Part shown: one piece after another, positions 1 through 8,440 of the stretch
How the letters are laid out: every line of letters starts with the position of its first letter
Numbering within the stretch: the stretch's first letter is position 1
NCBI GenBank assembly: GCA_964618295.1
Contig: CAZTWV010000010.1
Coordinates: 5,820 to 69,819 of the forward strand
Reading direction: 5' to 3'
Origin: an uncultured Anaerolineales bacterium
GTDB lineage: Bacteria > Chloroflexota > Anaerolineae > Anaerolineales > UBA11858
Length of the DNA stretch: 64,000 bases
The notes under the pieces: model-generated
Database searches by the model: none
The model's input: only the letters and a program-made list of their open reading frames with translations
What the model was told of the DNA's origin: nothing
Position numbers and translations under genes: made by a program

Positions 1-3000
1 TCTTCTTGTTCTTCTTTGGAAACCTGTTCTTGTTCAGCCAATTCTTCAGCTGTGTATCCAGCCAACCACTCTGGGATTTCCACATCGTTTTCTGAGCCGG
101 CATCCAGCTCATCTGTAAAGAAATCTCCTTCAAGGGGGGATGTCGCTTTCATCCAGGGTGGAGTATCTGCTGTTTCTTCGTAGACTCCTTCCTCCTCCGG
201 CGAGTCAGATTTTGCCCAGGATGGGATTTCTTCCTCAGGGGAGCTTTCAGATTCATCATCCAGGTCGGATAACCAGCTCGCTTCGTCATCAAACATTTGA
301 TCACCGTCTACTTCCGAAAGCTGATCTTCCCTTAAGGCCTCTTCTTTTTCAAGCTCAGCCAGCCATCCAGAATCATCCGGTTCTTTTGAGGCAGGTCTTG
401 GCACCCTGGTGTGGTCACGTTCATTTTCTAATTTTTCAAGCCACAGCATGGCTGTTGTTTGGGGATCTTCCTCACGCTTTAAGTCTTCCATCCAGTCTGG
501 GATAGAATCACCAGTGTCTAGTTCATCCGTATAGCGTTTAATTTGCTGCTGGAGATTTGCTTTGTCTCCATCTCGAACAAACTGCTGCAGCCAGAGAATT
601 GCTGTTTCCTGGGGGTCTTCCTCTCTTTTTAAGTTTTCCAGCCATTGAGGAACTTCAGGGCTTATTTCAGCTGGTTCATCTTCTTTTGGCGTTAGTTGAT
701 CCGATTTAAACCTTTCAAGCATGCTGCTGCTGACTTCCTCTGATACAGGAGTGTCTTCTGGAGTGGGAAGATCTGAATCGAGCAGCTGTTCTTCTGAAGC
801 AATTTCTTGAGGGTCCGTGATTTCTAGCTCTGAAAGCCAATCCGCTTCTGCGGCTGGTTTTGATTTTTCAAGATAATCCAATTCTTCATCGGACAAATCA
901 TGGTCTGATTGCTCGATGGCGTCTGCAAGAGATTCTCCTTCGCCTGTGTCGCCAAGTTCTGATAGCCAGGACGGCATGTCGTCCTCACCCACGCCTTGAG
1001 AATCCTGCTGTTGAACCTCGCTGATTTCATCTAGCTCCGCTGCGGTGGTAGAACTTGATTCTGGGCCAAGCTGATCTTCGTCGGTTTCTTCGGACCAAAC
1101 AGGACTTTTTACCTCTTGTCCGTCATCAGCGATGTCCATGGGTTCTTCCTGAATGACTTCGTCTTCAGGGTAATCATCCAGGGGTTGCTCCTGGATCCGA
1201 TCTAGCCAGCCGTCATCCAGTGTTGAAGGCGATGCTGTGTCACCAAGCTCGGGTTGGTTTACGCTTGGTTCTTCTTCCTCAACCTCTTCGCCCAGGCCAG
1301 CTAGCCAATCTGGAACTACTGTGTTAAGTGTTTCATCCTCAGTACCGGAAAGATTAAATTCCTCCTCGGAAGAGGTAGATGCATCTGGTTCAGGTGGGGA
1401 CTTTGATGATTCAGAGTCATCAAGACTAGAAAGCCAATCCGGGAGAGCATCCGGTTTGGATGGTTCTGAAAAATCATCCTGGGGGACCGCTTCGCTCTCC
1501 GCTGTGCCTTCTTCCGTAGTGCTGATTTCGGTTGGAGTTTCTTCCTGGACCTGGTCTGCACCCAGGCTGTCTAACCAGTCGAGTCCTCCCTCGGAGGTTG
1601 TAAAATCAGGCGTATCCGGTTCGCCGACATCGGAGTCCTGGCCCAGACCTTCCAGCCAATCTGGTATTTGATCTTGATCTGCGTCCTCTTTGGCTGGAGA
1701 TATTTGATCTGTGAGATCATCAGGTGTTAAAGATATGTCCTCATCCGCAGGTATAGCTTCAGACTCATCGGAGGGTTCTGATTGGTCTTCAAAGCTTGCC
1801 AGCCAATCAGGAATATCTTCTTTTTCTACCTCAGAAGGTTCTGCTGTTGGATGAGATACTTCCTCAACGTCCTGGATTTCATCCTGTGTCGCAAATCTCT
1901 TTTCAGAATCAGGATCGGAGTAATCAGCTTCGTCTTCATCCAGCTCATCTAACCAGGAAGGAAGCTGGGACTCAGAGGATGAAATCTCTGCTTGATCATA
2001 GATCAATTCTTCCTCTTCTTCCGGTATTAATTTTGATGCGGGAATATCTTCTACAACTGCTTGATCAGCTGCCTCATCAGGTAGTTCAGAAAGGAAATCA
2101 AATTTATCTTCCGTCCCGCTGTCCGTCGGGATAGCTGTCGGGGGAGAAGTTTCTTTATCAAGCGGATCAGATGTTTCTTCACCAGAATCATCGAGCAACT
2201 CTTCCGGCATATTTTCAAGCCAGGCGATGGCTGTTTCCTGGGAATCCTCATCAAGTTCCAGGTTTTTTAACCAGGAGGGTATTTCCTCGCTTTCGGAATT
2301 TTGAGAAGTTTCATGTTGATCACTGGGTTCCTCAATCGTGGGAGAAAGTCCCTGGTCTTCTGGGTCTGATTCAGGTAGTGATTGGAGATCAGCTGTGTGG
2401 ATCTGGAAGCCATCATCCAAATCACCTTCCAAAAAGTCAGGAGGAGGTTCCTGTTCTTTCGCCTCGTCCGGGATAGTATCAAACACACCTGTTGGCGCTG
2501 CTTCCTCCAGCCATGCCGGGATATCTGCGGGGGCAAGTTTGCCCTGATCATCAAGATCATCCAAATCCTCCAGATCATCAAAGGCAGGTTTGGATTCATC
2601 CACTGTACCATCTGAGGGTTCCCAGCCGGCATCTTTCATCCAATCTGGTATGTTCTCGTCCTGGTTGGATGGCTGATTCCTCTTTTCGTGATCATCAGAG
2701 TTGGGATTGATTTGATTTTCTTCGGGCATAGGAGCCTCTTCTTCCTGCAGGTTTGATTTGAGCCAATCTGGAATCTCTTTGCTGTTTGACTGAATAGTTT
2801 CAGTTGAACTGGATTCGGAGATTTTGGACCAGGAAGGTAAATCCTCCCTGGTCCTAGTACGGAAACTTTGTGGATCACCAGTCCAATTGATTTTTTCTAA
2901 GGTAATCGCTCGATCTGGAACTTGATCCAGAGATGGAGCATGTTTGGAGATATAGGCTTCATAAGGTGAGAGAGCAAATAAACGCTTTCTGCAGATTGCC

Positions 3001-3650
3001 ATCTCTTTTGGATGGTCTGTTGTTTTCAACGCGTTGGCAAGAATTCTATTTGCAGAGATATTATATGGGTATTTTTTTAATATATCACTGGCTGTGTCAA
3101 TTGCTTTAGCCATCTCTCCGGAGTTAGCATAAGCTTCTGCCAGAATTGTTTTTAAATCATATCTTTCCGGGTTTTCTGCAATGGCATTATGCAATTCAGC
3201 AATTCCCTGGTTTACCAGATCTCCTTTTAGATAGATTCTGGCAAGGGCTCCCTGTGTAAGGCGAACCTTGGAGGGTTCAATGCCATCCCGTTTTCCGTAT
3301 AAGCGCCGGAGTTCCTCTTGAATGGCATTGTTGTAAGGCTGCCTTTCAAAGGCTCTCTCCATATGTTCCACAGCAGAGATCAGATTTCCCTCTTCTTCTC
3401 TGATCAAACTCATACCGACATGTGACACAAAATCTTCAGGGATTGCAGAGAGCACTCGCTGGAAAATATCGGATGCATTGCTGTTCTGATTAATTTCCAG
3501 ATAGGTCTTTCCCAGCAAACGGTAGGTTTCGATGTGTTTTGGGAAACGAGAGAGAATTTGTTTGCAATGCGCGATTGCTTCCTCTATACGCCCCTGGTCA
3601 ATTATTGACTCAATTTCACGTACATATGCTCGAAGCGAGATGCTGCTCAT
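1..3650 (-). CDS. Large TPR protein with very long acidic low-complexity region containing PxWL repeats (3' end runs off the window)
   Basis: Absent from the ORF track (no stop inside the window). ATG at 3650 reads MSSISLRAYVREIESIIDQGRIEEAIAHCKQILSRFPKHIETYRLLGKTYLE..., a TPR-like helical pattern. After ~250 aa it becomes D/E/S/P-rich with repeated IPDWL/IPSWL/LPDWL. The same frame reads ...EIPEWLAGYTAEELAEQEQVSKEEQE at position 3. Frame checked at both ends and at many internal motifs, not codon by codon. Confidence 0.88.
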   Translation of the reverse strand, partial: MSSISLRAYVREIESIIDQGRIEEAIAHCKQILSRFPKHIETYRLLGKTYLEINQNSNASDIFQRVLSAIPEDFVSHVGMSLIREEEGNLISAVEHMERAFERQPYNNAIQEELRRLYGKRDGIEPSKVRLTQGALARIYLKGDLVNQGIAELHNAIAENPERYDLKTILAEAYANSGEMAKAIDTASDILKKYPYNISANRILANALKTTDHPKEMAICRKRLFALSPYEAYISKHAPSLDQVPDRAITLEKINWTGDPQSFRTRTREDLPSWSKISESSSTETIQSNSKEIPDWLKSNLQEEEAPMPEENQINPNSDDHEKRNQPSNQDENIPDWMKDAGWEPSDGTVDESKPAFDDLEDLDDLDDQGKLAPADIPAWLEEAAPTGVFDTIPDEAKEQEPPPDFLEGDLDDGFQIHTADLQSLPESDPEDQGLSPTIEEPSDQHETSQNSESEEIPSWLKNLELDEDSQETAIAWLENMPEELLDDSGEETSDPLDKETSPPTAIPTDSGTEDKFDFLSELPDEAADQAVVEDIPASKLIPEEEEELIYDQAEISSSESQLPSWLDELDEDEADYSDPDSEKRFATQDEIQDVEEVSHPTAEPSEVEKEDIPDWLASFEDQSEPSDESEAIPADEDISLTPDDLTDQISPAKEDADQDQIPDWLEGLGQDSDVGEPDTPDFTTSEGGLDWLDSLGADQVQEETPTEISTTEEGTAESEAVPQDDFSEPSKPDALPDWLSSLDDSESSKSPPEPDASTSSEEEFNLSGTEDETLNTVVPDWLAGLGEEVEEEEPSVNQPELGDTASPSTLDDGWLDRIQEQPLDDYPEDEVIQEEPMDIADDGQEVKSPVWSEETDEDQLGPESSSTTAAELDEISEVQQQDSQGVGEDDMPSWLSELGDTGEGESLADAIEQSDHDLSDEELDYLEKSKPAAEADWLSELEITDPQEIASEEQLLDSDLPTPEDTPVSEEVSSSMLERFKSDQLTPKEDEPAEISPEVPQWLENLKREEDPQETAILWLQQFVRDGDKANLQQQIKRYTDELDTGDSIPDWMEDLKREEDPQTTAMLWLEKLENERDHTRVPRPASKEPDDSGWLAELEKEEALREDQLSEVDGDQMFDDEASWLSDLDDESESSPEEEIPSWAKSDSPEEEGVYEETADTPPWMKATSPLEGDFFTDELDAGSENDVEIPEWLAGYTAEELAEQEQVSKEEQE

Positions 3651-3727
3651 CTAATAAAACTCTCCAGGGGATATCAAGCACAGAAGAAATGAACCAGGCG
3701 CCTTTGCTTACTGAAGTTGCTAACTTT

Positions 3728-3756
3728 AGTATGCCTTATTTCCTTGGTATACGCAA
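3728..3756 (-). promoter_or_regulatory. Possible sigma70-type promoter for the TPR gene
   Basis: Minus strand TTGCGT-17 bp-CATACT about 80 bp upstream of ATG 3650. Confidence 0.35.
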
Positions 3757-3870
3757 GTATTTTATCAAATTCTTAAAAAATTTGAAAAGATTCCTTGATA
3801 ATAAATACCTCTCAGAGTTGGACTGGGTCGGGATATATTTCTACTTTACATCAAAATGCCTGCTGAAAGG

Positions 3871-5175
3871 CTATAATTCCTGTCTGGAGCTCTGAATGAC
3901 CTCACAAATATTCATGTTCTGAATAAATGGCTGAAGTCCTACTGCGGTCCAGATTGTAGTAAGGGGTATTAGGGTAATCACATAGCGCTGCCAGGGGACA
4001 GGTTGGAGGAACAACACGCCTAAAAACAATAAAATAGATGTCAATAGAAGGGTAAATATCTTCTTTTTTACCCTATTTTTCTTTCTTGAAAGCTGGAAAA
4101 ATCCATAGATAAATCCGCCTGATGAAATGGTAATCAACAAACTCGCAATAACCTGGTTTCGGCCGAGTGTGTTCAATGAAAAATCTTCATACCGTTGAAT
4201 CTGCCCTGCGATATTTTGATCGTAATTGCCTACATCCGAGTAGCCAAGTGGGGAAAAATACAGGTTTCCAGTTATAGCAAGAACCCTGTAGGGAGTTGTT
4301 TGGAGGATATTTTTGTTTTTTGCTCGATAGAAATCGTTGAGCTGACTTGACTGAAGCTCTTGGATAGTCTTTAGACTGTGTTGAAAAGAATCTATTGGAT
4401 GGGTCCAATAATACGGGTTAAACAACCAGGTAACAATGAAAAATACTCCTGCGTAAGAGATAATTTTATGGATTCGGGTCATGGGCTTGTTTTCGCCATT
4501 TTTAGAGCAGTATACTGCTATAATTCCGACAGGGAATAATAAAAGTAGAATTTGTTTTGCATTAAATGAGCTGGCTGATACTAATCCGGTCAAGAGGGGT
4601 GTGATATTGTCGAGCGTCAGCAACCAGATGAACGCTGAAACACCCAATAGGGCAGAAGCTTCATTCATTGCTCTTCGACCGTGCAAAAGAATTAGTGGAT
4701 TCAAGCCCATCAATAGTACTGATAATAAAGCTGTTGGCTTGCCCCAGACATTCTTAACACAATAGTAAAGAAAAAGATGGGCTGCAAGGGTCATAATAGT
4801 TGTCGTCAATCGCGACATATTAATAACTTTTGATTCAGGAAGGGCTCCCGCTCTAATATTTTCGGTCCAGGATTGTGACCAGTCCCAGTCTTTGTTCGGT
4901 GCCTCTAGGCCTGAAGCTGCTAAAGTCAATCCCAGCAGGTATTTGGTGAGAGGGGCACCAAGCGATCTTAAGAAAGTACGATTCGAATCCTTGTTCATGG
5001 GTGTGTAGGACATGGAGAGCGGATCACTTATCAGAAAATTAAAATCGCTGCTCATGTATATATGGGTACTTTCGTCTGGATGGAATGGAACAGATTGATA
5101 ACCGGAAAGATAAAGTATAGATAGAAATGTGATGACCAAAAAAAAGATCCAATTTGACTTTATAAACTCAGGCAT
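3871..5175 (-). CDS. GT-C fold glycosyltransferase (PMT/ArnT-like, lipid-linked sugar donor)
   Basis: N-terminal TM, then PFHPDE acidic motif in the first external loop; multiple TMs; late PWQRY motif. Confidence 0.7.
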   Translation of the reverse strand: MPEFIKSNWIFFLVITFLSILYLSGYQSVPFHPDESTHIYMSSDFNFLISDPLSMSYTPMNKDSNRTFLRSLGAPLTKYLLGLTLAASGLEAPNKDWDWSQSWTENIRAGALPESKVINMSRLTTTIMTLAAHLFLYYCVKNVWGKPTALLSVLLMGLNPLILLHGRRAMNEASALLGVSAFIWLLTLDNITPLLTGLVSASSFNAKQILLLLFPVGIIAVYCSKNGENKPMTRIHKIISYAGVFFIVTWLFNPYYWTHPIDSFQHSLKTIQELQSSQLNDFYRAKNKNILQTTPYRVLAITGNLYFSPLGYSDVGNYDQNIAGQIQRYEDFSLNTLGRNQVIASLLITISSGGFIYGFFQLSRKKNRVKKKIFTLLLTSILLFLGVLFLQPVPWQRYVITLIPLTTIWTAVGLQPFIQNMNICEVIQSSRQEL

Positions 5176-5265
5176 ACGGGTTCCTGGACTGGGTTTTGGA
5201 TTCCTCGTAATCGATTATAAAGGATTGCTGAGGTTTTCGGCTTAAGCTATTAATGGAATTTTGCT

Positions 5266-6897
5266 ATGAATTCTAAGGATAAAAAAGCTGTTGTTTCTAT
5301 AGGAATCCCTGTTCTTGTCTCTTTTGTATATAAACTTGTATTGATTTGGATCGATAGAATCCCATTCAATTCTGATGAAGCTATTGTTGCCTTGATGGCT
5401 CGCCATATTCTTCAGGGCGAGTTTCCGGTCTTTTTTTATGGGCAATCATACATGGGCAGCCTGGATGCCTTCCTGGCAGCGCTTGGATTTTATATATTTG
5501 GCGAAGAGGTCTGGGTCATTCGTTTTATTCAGAGTATCTTGTATCTCGGTACTGTTTTGATAACTGTTATGCTGGCCAGACAGTTATTTTCTTCTCACAA
5601 GGTTGGTTTGTACGCTGGAATTCTTGCAGCGATACCGGTTGTAAACGTCACTCTTTATACAACTGTTAGTCTTGGGGGGTACGGCGAGGCTCTCCTGATT
5701 GGTAATTCACTGCTTTTATTAGCTCTCCTGATTGGTCGGCGGGAATCAAGGGCGGCAATTAGTGACCCCGGCTTTTCCGGCCTGTTAATCCTCTGGGGGG
5801 GGCTTGCAGGAATTGGTTTCTGGGTGATGGGTTTGACATTGATATATGCTGTTCCTGGAGCGGTACTTATTTTCTGGCAACTAGCTGAGAAAAAAAATTC
5901 CAAACAGATGATTATGAGTTTAATGATAATAAGCCTAGCGTTTGCAGCCGGTTCATCACCCTGGTGGATAACAGCAATCAACTCAGGGGTTTCCGAATTT
6001 GTTTCAGAGATGTTTGGGAGTGCGGTATCTGTAAGTCGATTTCCTAAAATGCTCGCTCCTGTTCAGAGGTTTTCGAATTTTCTGCTTTTGGGGGGAACTG
6101 TGATTTTAGGAATGCGTCCCCCCTGGGATGTGGCCTGGCTTATGCTTCCATTGATACCAGGAATTCTTGTCTTCTGGTTTTCTGTGGCCTATAAAGGTCA
6201 CAATTTACTAAAGAAGGAGATACACAGAAGACAAATCTATTTGTTACTGCTTGGGCCGATACTGATTTTAGTCTTGACATATGTTTTTACGCCGTTTGGG
6301 TCCGATCCATCTGGGAGGTATTTTGTTCCCTTTGTTGTCCCTCTATCCATCTTCGCCGGGACCTTTATTTCAAAACTGGACTTTTCAAGAGCGGCTTGGA
6401 AACCAGTGCTCTTGGGAGTTGTAATTATTTATAACCTGGGGGGGACAATTCAATGCTTGAATCAGTATCCTCCAGGATTGACCACTCAGTTTGATCAAGC
6501 AGCTCAAATTGACCACAGACCGATTGGAGAGCTTATAGAGTTTTTAACGGATAATGATCTGGCTGCTGGTTATACAAATTACTGGGTTGCATATCCGCTG
6601 GCGTTTCATTCAGGCGAAGACTTGGTCTATCTTCCCAAACTGCCGTACCATCCTGATTTTCGATATACTGAAAGGGATAACAGGTATACCCCCTACAGCC
6701 ATGTTGTTGAAAAATCAAACAGCCTATCGTATATAATTCCGGATTTCCCTGAGCTTGAGGATTACCTTGAGGACTCATTGCGTTCACGAGATATCAGTTG
6801 GAAAGAGCGTAGAATTGGTGAGTATCTAGTTATATATGATTTGAGTCAAACCGTCAGGCCGAAGGATATTGGACTGGGAATAACAACAAATCCATAA
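5266..6897 (+). CDS. GT-C fold glycosyltransferase (ArnT/PMT-like)
   Basis: FNSDEAIVALMARHIL loop motif after TM1, FYGQSYMG, many TMs, GRYF motif, C-terminal soluble domain. Confidence 0.75.
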   Translation: MNSKDKKAVVSIGIPVLVSFVYKLVLIWIDRIPFNSDEAIVALMARHILQGEFPVFFYGQSYMGSLDAFLAALGFYIFGEEVWVIRFIQSILYLGTVLITVMLARQLFSSHKVGLYAGILAAIPVVNVTLYTTVSLGGYGEALLIGNSLLLLALLIGRRESRAAISDPGFSGLLILWGGLAGIGFWVMGLTLIYAVPGAVLIFWQLAEKKNSKQMIMSLMIISLAFAAGSSPWWITAINSGVSEFVSEMFGSAVSVSRFPKMLAPVQRFSNFLLLGGTVILGMRPPWDVAWLMLPLIPGILVFWFSVAYKGHNLLKKEIHRRQIYLLLLGPILILVLTYVFTPFGSDPSGRYFVPFVVPLSIFAGTFISKLDFSRAAWKPVLLGVVIIYNLGGTIQCLNQYPPGLTTQFDQAAQIDHRPIGELIEFLTDNDLAAGYTNYWVAYPLAFHSGEDLVYLPKLPYHPDFRYTERDNRYTPYSHVVEKSNSLSYIIPDFPELEDYLEDSLRSRDISWKERRIGEYLVIYDLSQTVRPKDIGLGITTNP

Positions 6898-6939
6898 ATA
6901 AATGATCAGGAAATATCTAGCAAAGCAAGGAAAAATAGT

Positions 6940-8424
6940 ATGAAAGGTCCAAAATTTTACGTATCGGTCATGCTTCTCTTGATCTTTATAATGGCTTTGC
7001 GGACACCAATCGACAGCGATATGTGGTGGCATCTACGAGCAGGAGAGAAAACAGTCACTGAAGCAGCGCCTTACATGGTTGATGATCTCTCGCACACTCG
7101 CCTGGGGGCGAGATGGATAAACCACAGTTGGATGGCTCAGGTGGTCATGTATTGGATCTACAAACTGGGAGGTCTTCGGGGAATATCACTCTGGGTCGGA
7201 ATAACAGTTGTGTTAACATTTTCGATTGTTTATCTTCAGTCAGAAGGCGGACCACTAATAAAAATTTTTGTGCTGTTGCTGGCGGCAGCTGTATCAAGCA
7301 CAGTCTGGACCCCTCGGCCGCAAATGTTTTCTCTATTCCTGTTTGCTTTATTGAACTATTTGCTTGCTCAATATCTAAGAAATCAAGTCAAAAAGCCCTA
7401 CTTTCTAATTCCGCTTTTTGTTATTTGGTCAAATCTTCATGGGGGATATGCTCTTGGGTTTATGTTGCTGGGGGTTTATTTAATTGGGGCGATGATTGAC
7501 TTTGTAATAGGAAATAGTCGAGAGTTAACTTTTTACAGCAAAAAAACCTGGGAACTTTCCTTGTGGGGACTTGTTAGCTGGATTGCGGTATTGATCAATC
7601 CGAATGGGATCGGGATGTGGAAGATTCCATTTCAGACTGTAGGAGTTGAGACCCTCCAGCAGTTGATTGGAGAATGGGCTTCTCCTGATTTCCATCAGCC
7701 ACTGCAGCAGTTATTTTTAGTGCTAATGTTTCTGGCTTTCGGAGTGATTGGTTTTTCGAGAAAGAAGCTCAGAGGTCAAGAGTTTATGGCCGTCTTCGTC
7801 TTTGGAGCTGCAGCGCTGATTGCAAGAAGAAACTTTGGCCCTTTCGCTCTCGTTACAGCACCTGTGATTTGCAGACATGGGCAGGACATTTTACAAAACC
7901 TGTCCGAGCGGGCAAAAGAACGTTTGAACTGGTTTGAGAAAATTTTGAATTATCAGGAAAAATCAAAAAGAGAAATCAATCCAAAATTACAAACCACCAT
8001 AAATTGGCTGGTAATAGCAGCCTTGGTATTTGCTTCAGCGGCAAAACTGATCAAGGCTACAGAGCCGGAATTTGTTCAGGACGCTTTGGCCAGGTATTAT
8101 CCGGTCAGTGCGGTTGAATGGATTAAGGAAAATCAGCCAGATGGGCTGATGCTAAATTCATATAATTGGGGAGGGTATTTGATCTGGCACCTGCCTGAAT
8201 ATCCAGTCTTTGTGGATGGTAGAACAGATTTATATGGCGACGAGATTTTACGAGAATGGCTGGATGTGGTGAGAGGCAATCAGGGATGGGAGAAAACGCT
8301 TGAGAGCAAAAATATTAAACTGCTTATTCTAGAGGTAGACCAACCGCTTATCGCCGAAATTGACAGTACGGATTGGATTAATGTTTATAAAGATGAGTCA
8401 GCAGTAATTTTCACGAAGCATTAA
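6940..8424 (+). CDS. Multi-pass membrane protein, probable GT-C glycosyltransferase
   Basis: DSDMWWHLRAGE, WINHSW, RPQMFS, WSNLHGGY and VFVDGRTDLYG motifs; polytopic. Confidence 0.65.
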   Translation: MKGPKFYVSVMLLLIFIMALRTPIDSDMWWHLRAGEKTVTEAAPYMVDDLSHTRLGARWINHSWMAQVVMYWIYKLGGLRGISLWVGITVVLTFSIVYLQSEGGPLIKIFVLLLAAAVSSTVWTPRPQMFSLFLFALLNYLLAQYLRNQVKKPYFLIPLFVIWSNLHGGYALGFMLLGVYLIGAMIDFVIGNSRELTFYSKKTWELSLWGLVSWIAVLINPNGIGMWKIPFQTVGVETLQQLIGEWASPDFHQPLQQLFLVLMFLAFGVIGFSRKKLRGQEFMAVFVFGAAALIARRNFGPFALVTAPVICRHGQDILQNLSERAKERLNWFEKILNYQEKSKREINPKLQTTINWLVIAALVFASAAKLIKATEPEFVQDALARYYPVSAVEWIKENQPDGLMLNSYNWGGYLIWHLPEYPVFVDGRTDLYGDEILREWLDVVRGNQGWEKTLESKNIKLLILEVDQPLIAEIDSTDWINVYKDESAVIFTKH

Positions 8425-8440
8425 GTTGAGATAAAAATCT

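Noticed and set aside
140-2878. Many short ORFs in the track on both strands, including Ser-rich ones
   Set aside because: They are shadows and alternate frames of the long minus-strand acidic ORF starting at 3650; Ser/Leu/Phe richness is what the antisense of Glu/Asp codons gives.
1-2900. Recurring agccaatc/ccagga words as a possible CRISPR or DNA repeat array
   Set aside because: Spacing is irregular and synonymous positions vary; the repeat is at the protein level (PxWL).
3539-3895. 118-aa plus-strand ORF between the TPR gene and the first glycosyltransferase
   Set aside because: No recognisable motif, and it overlaps both flanking minus-strand genes and a likely promoter region.
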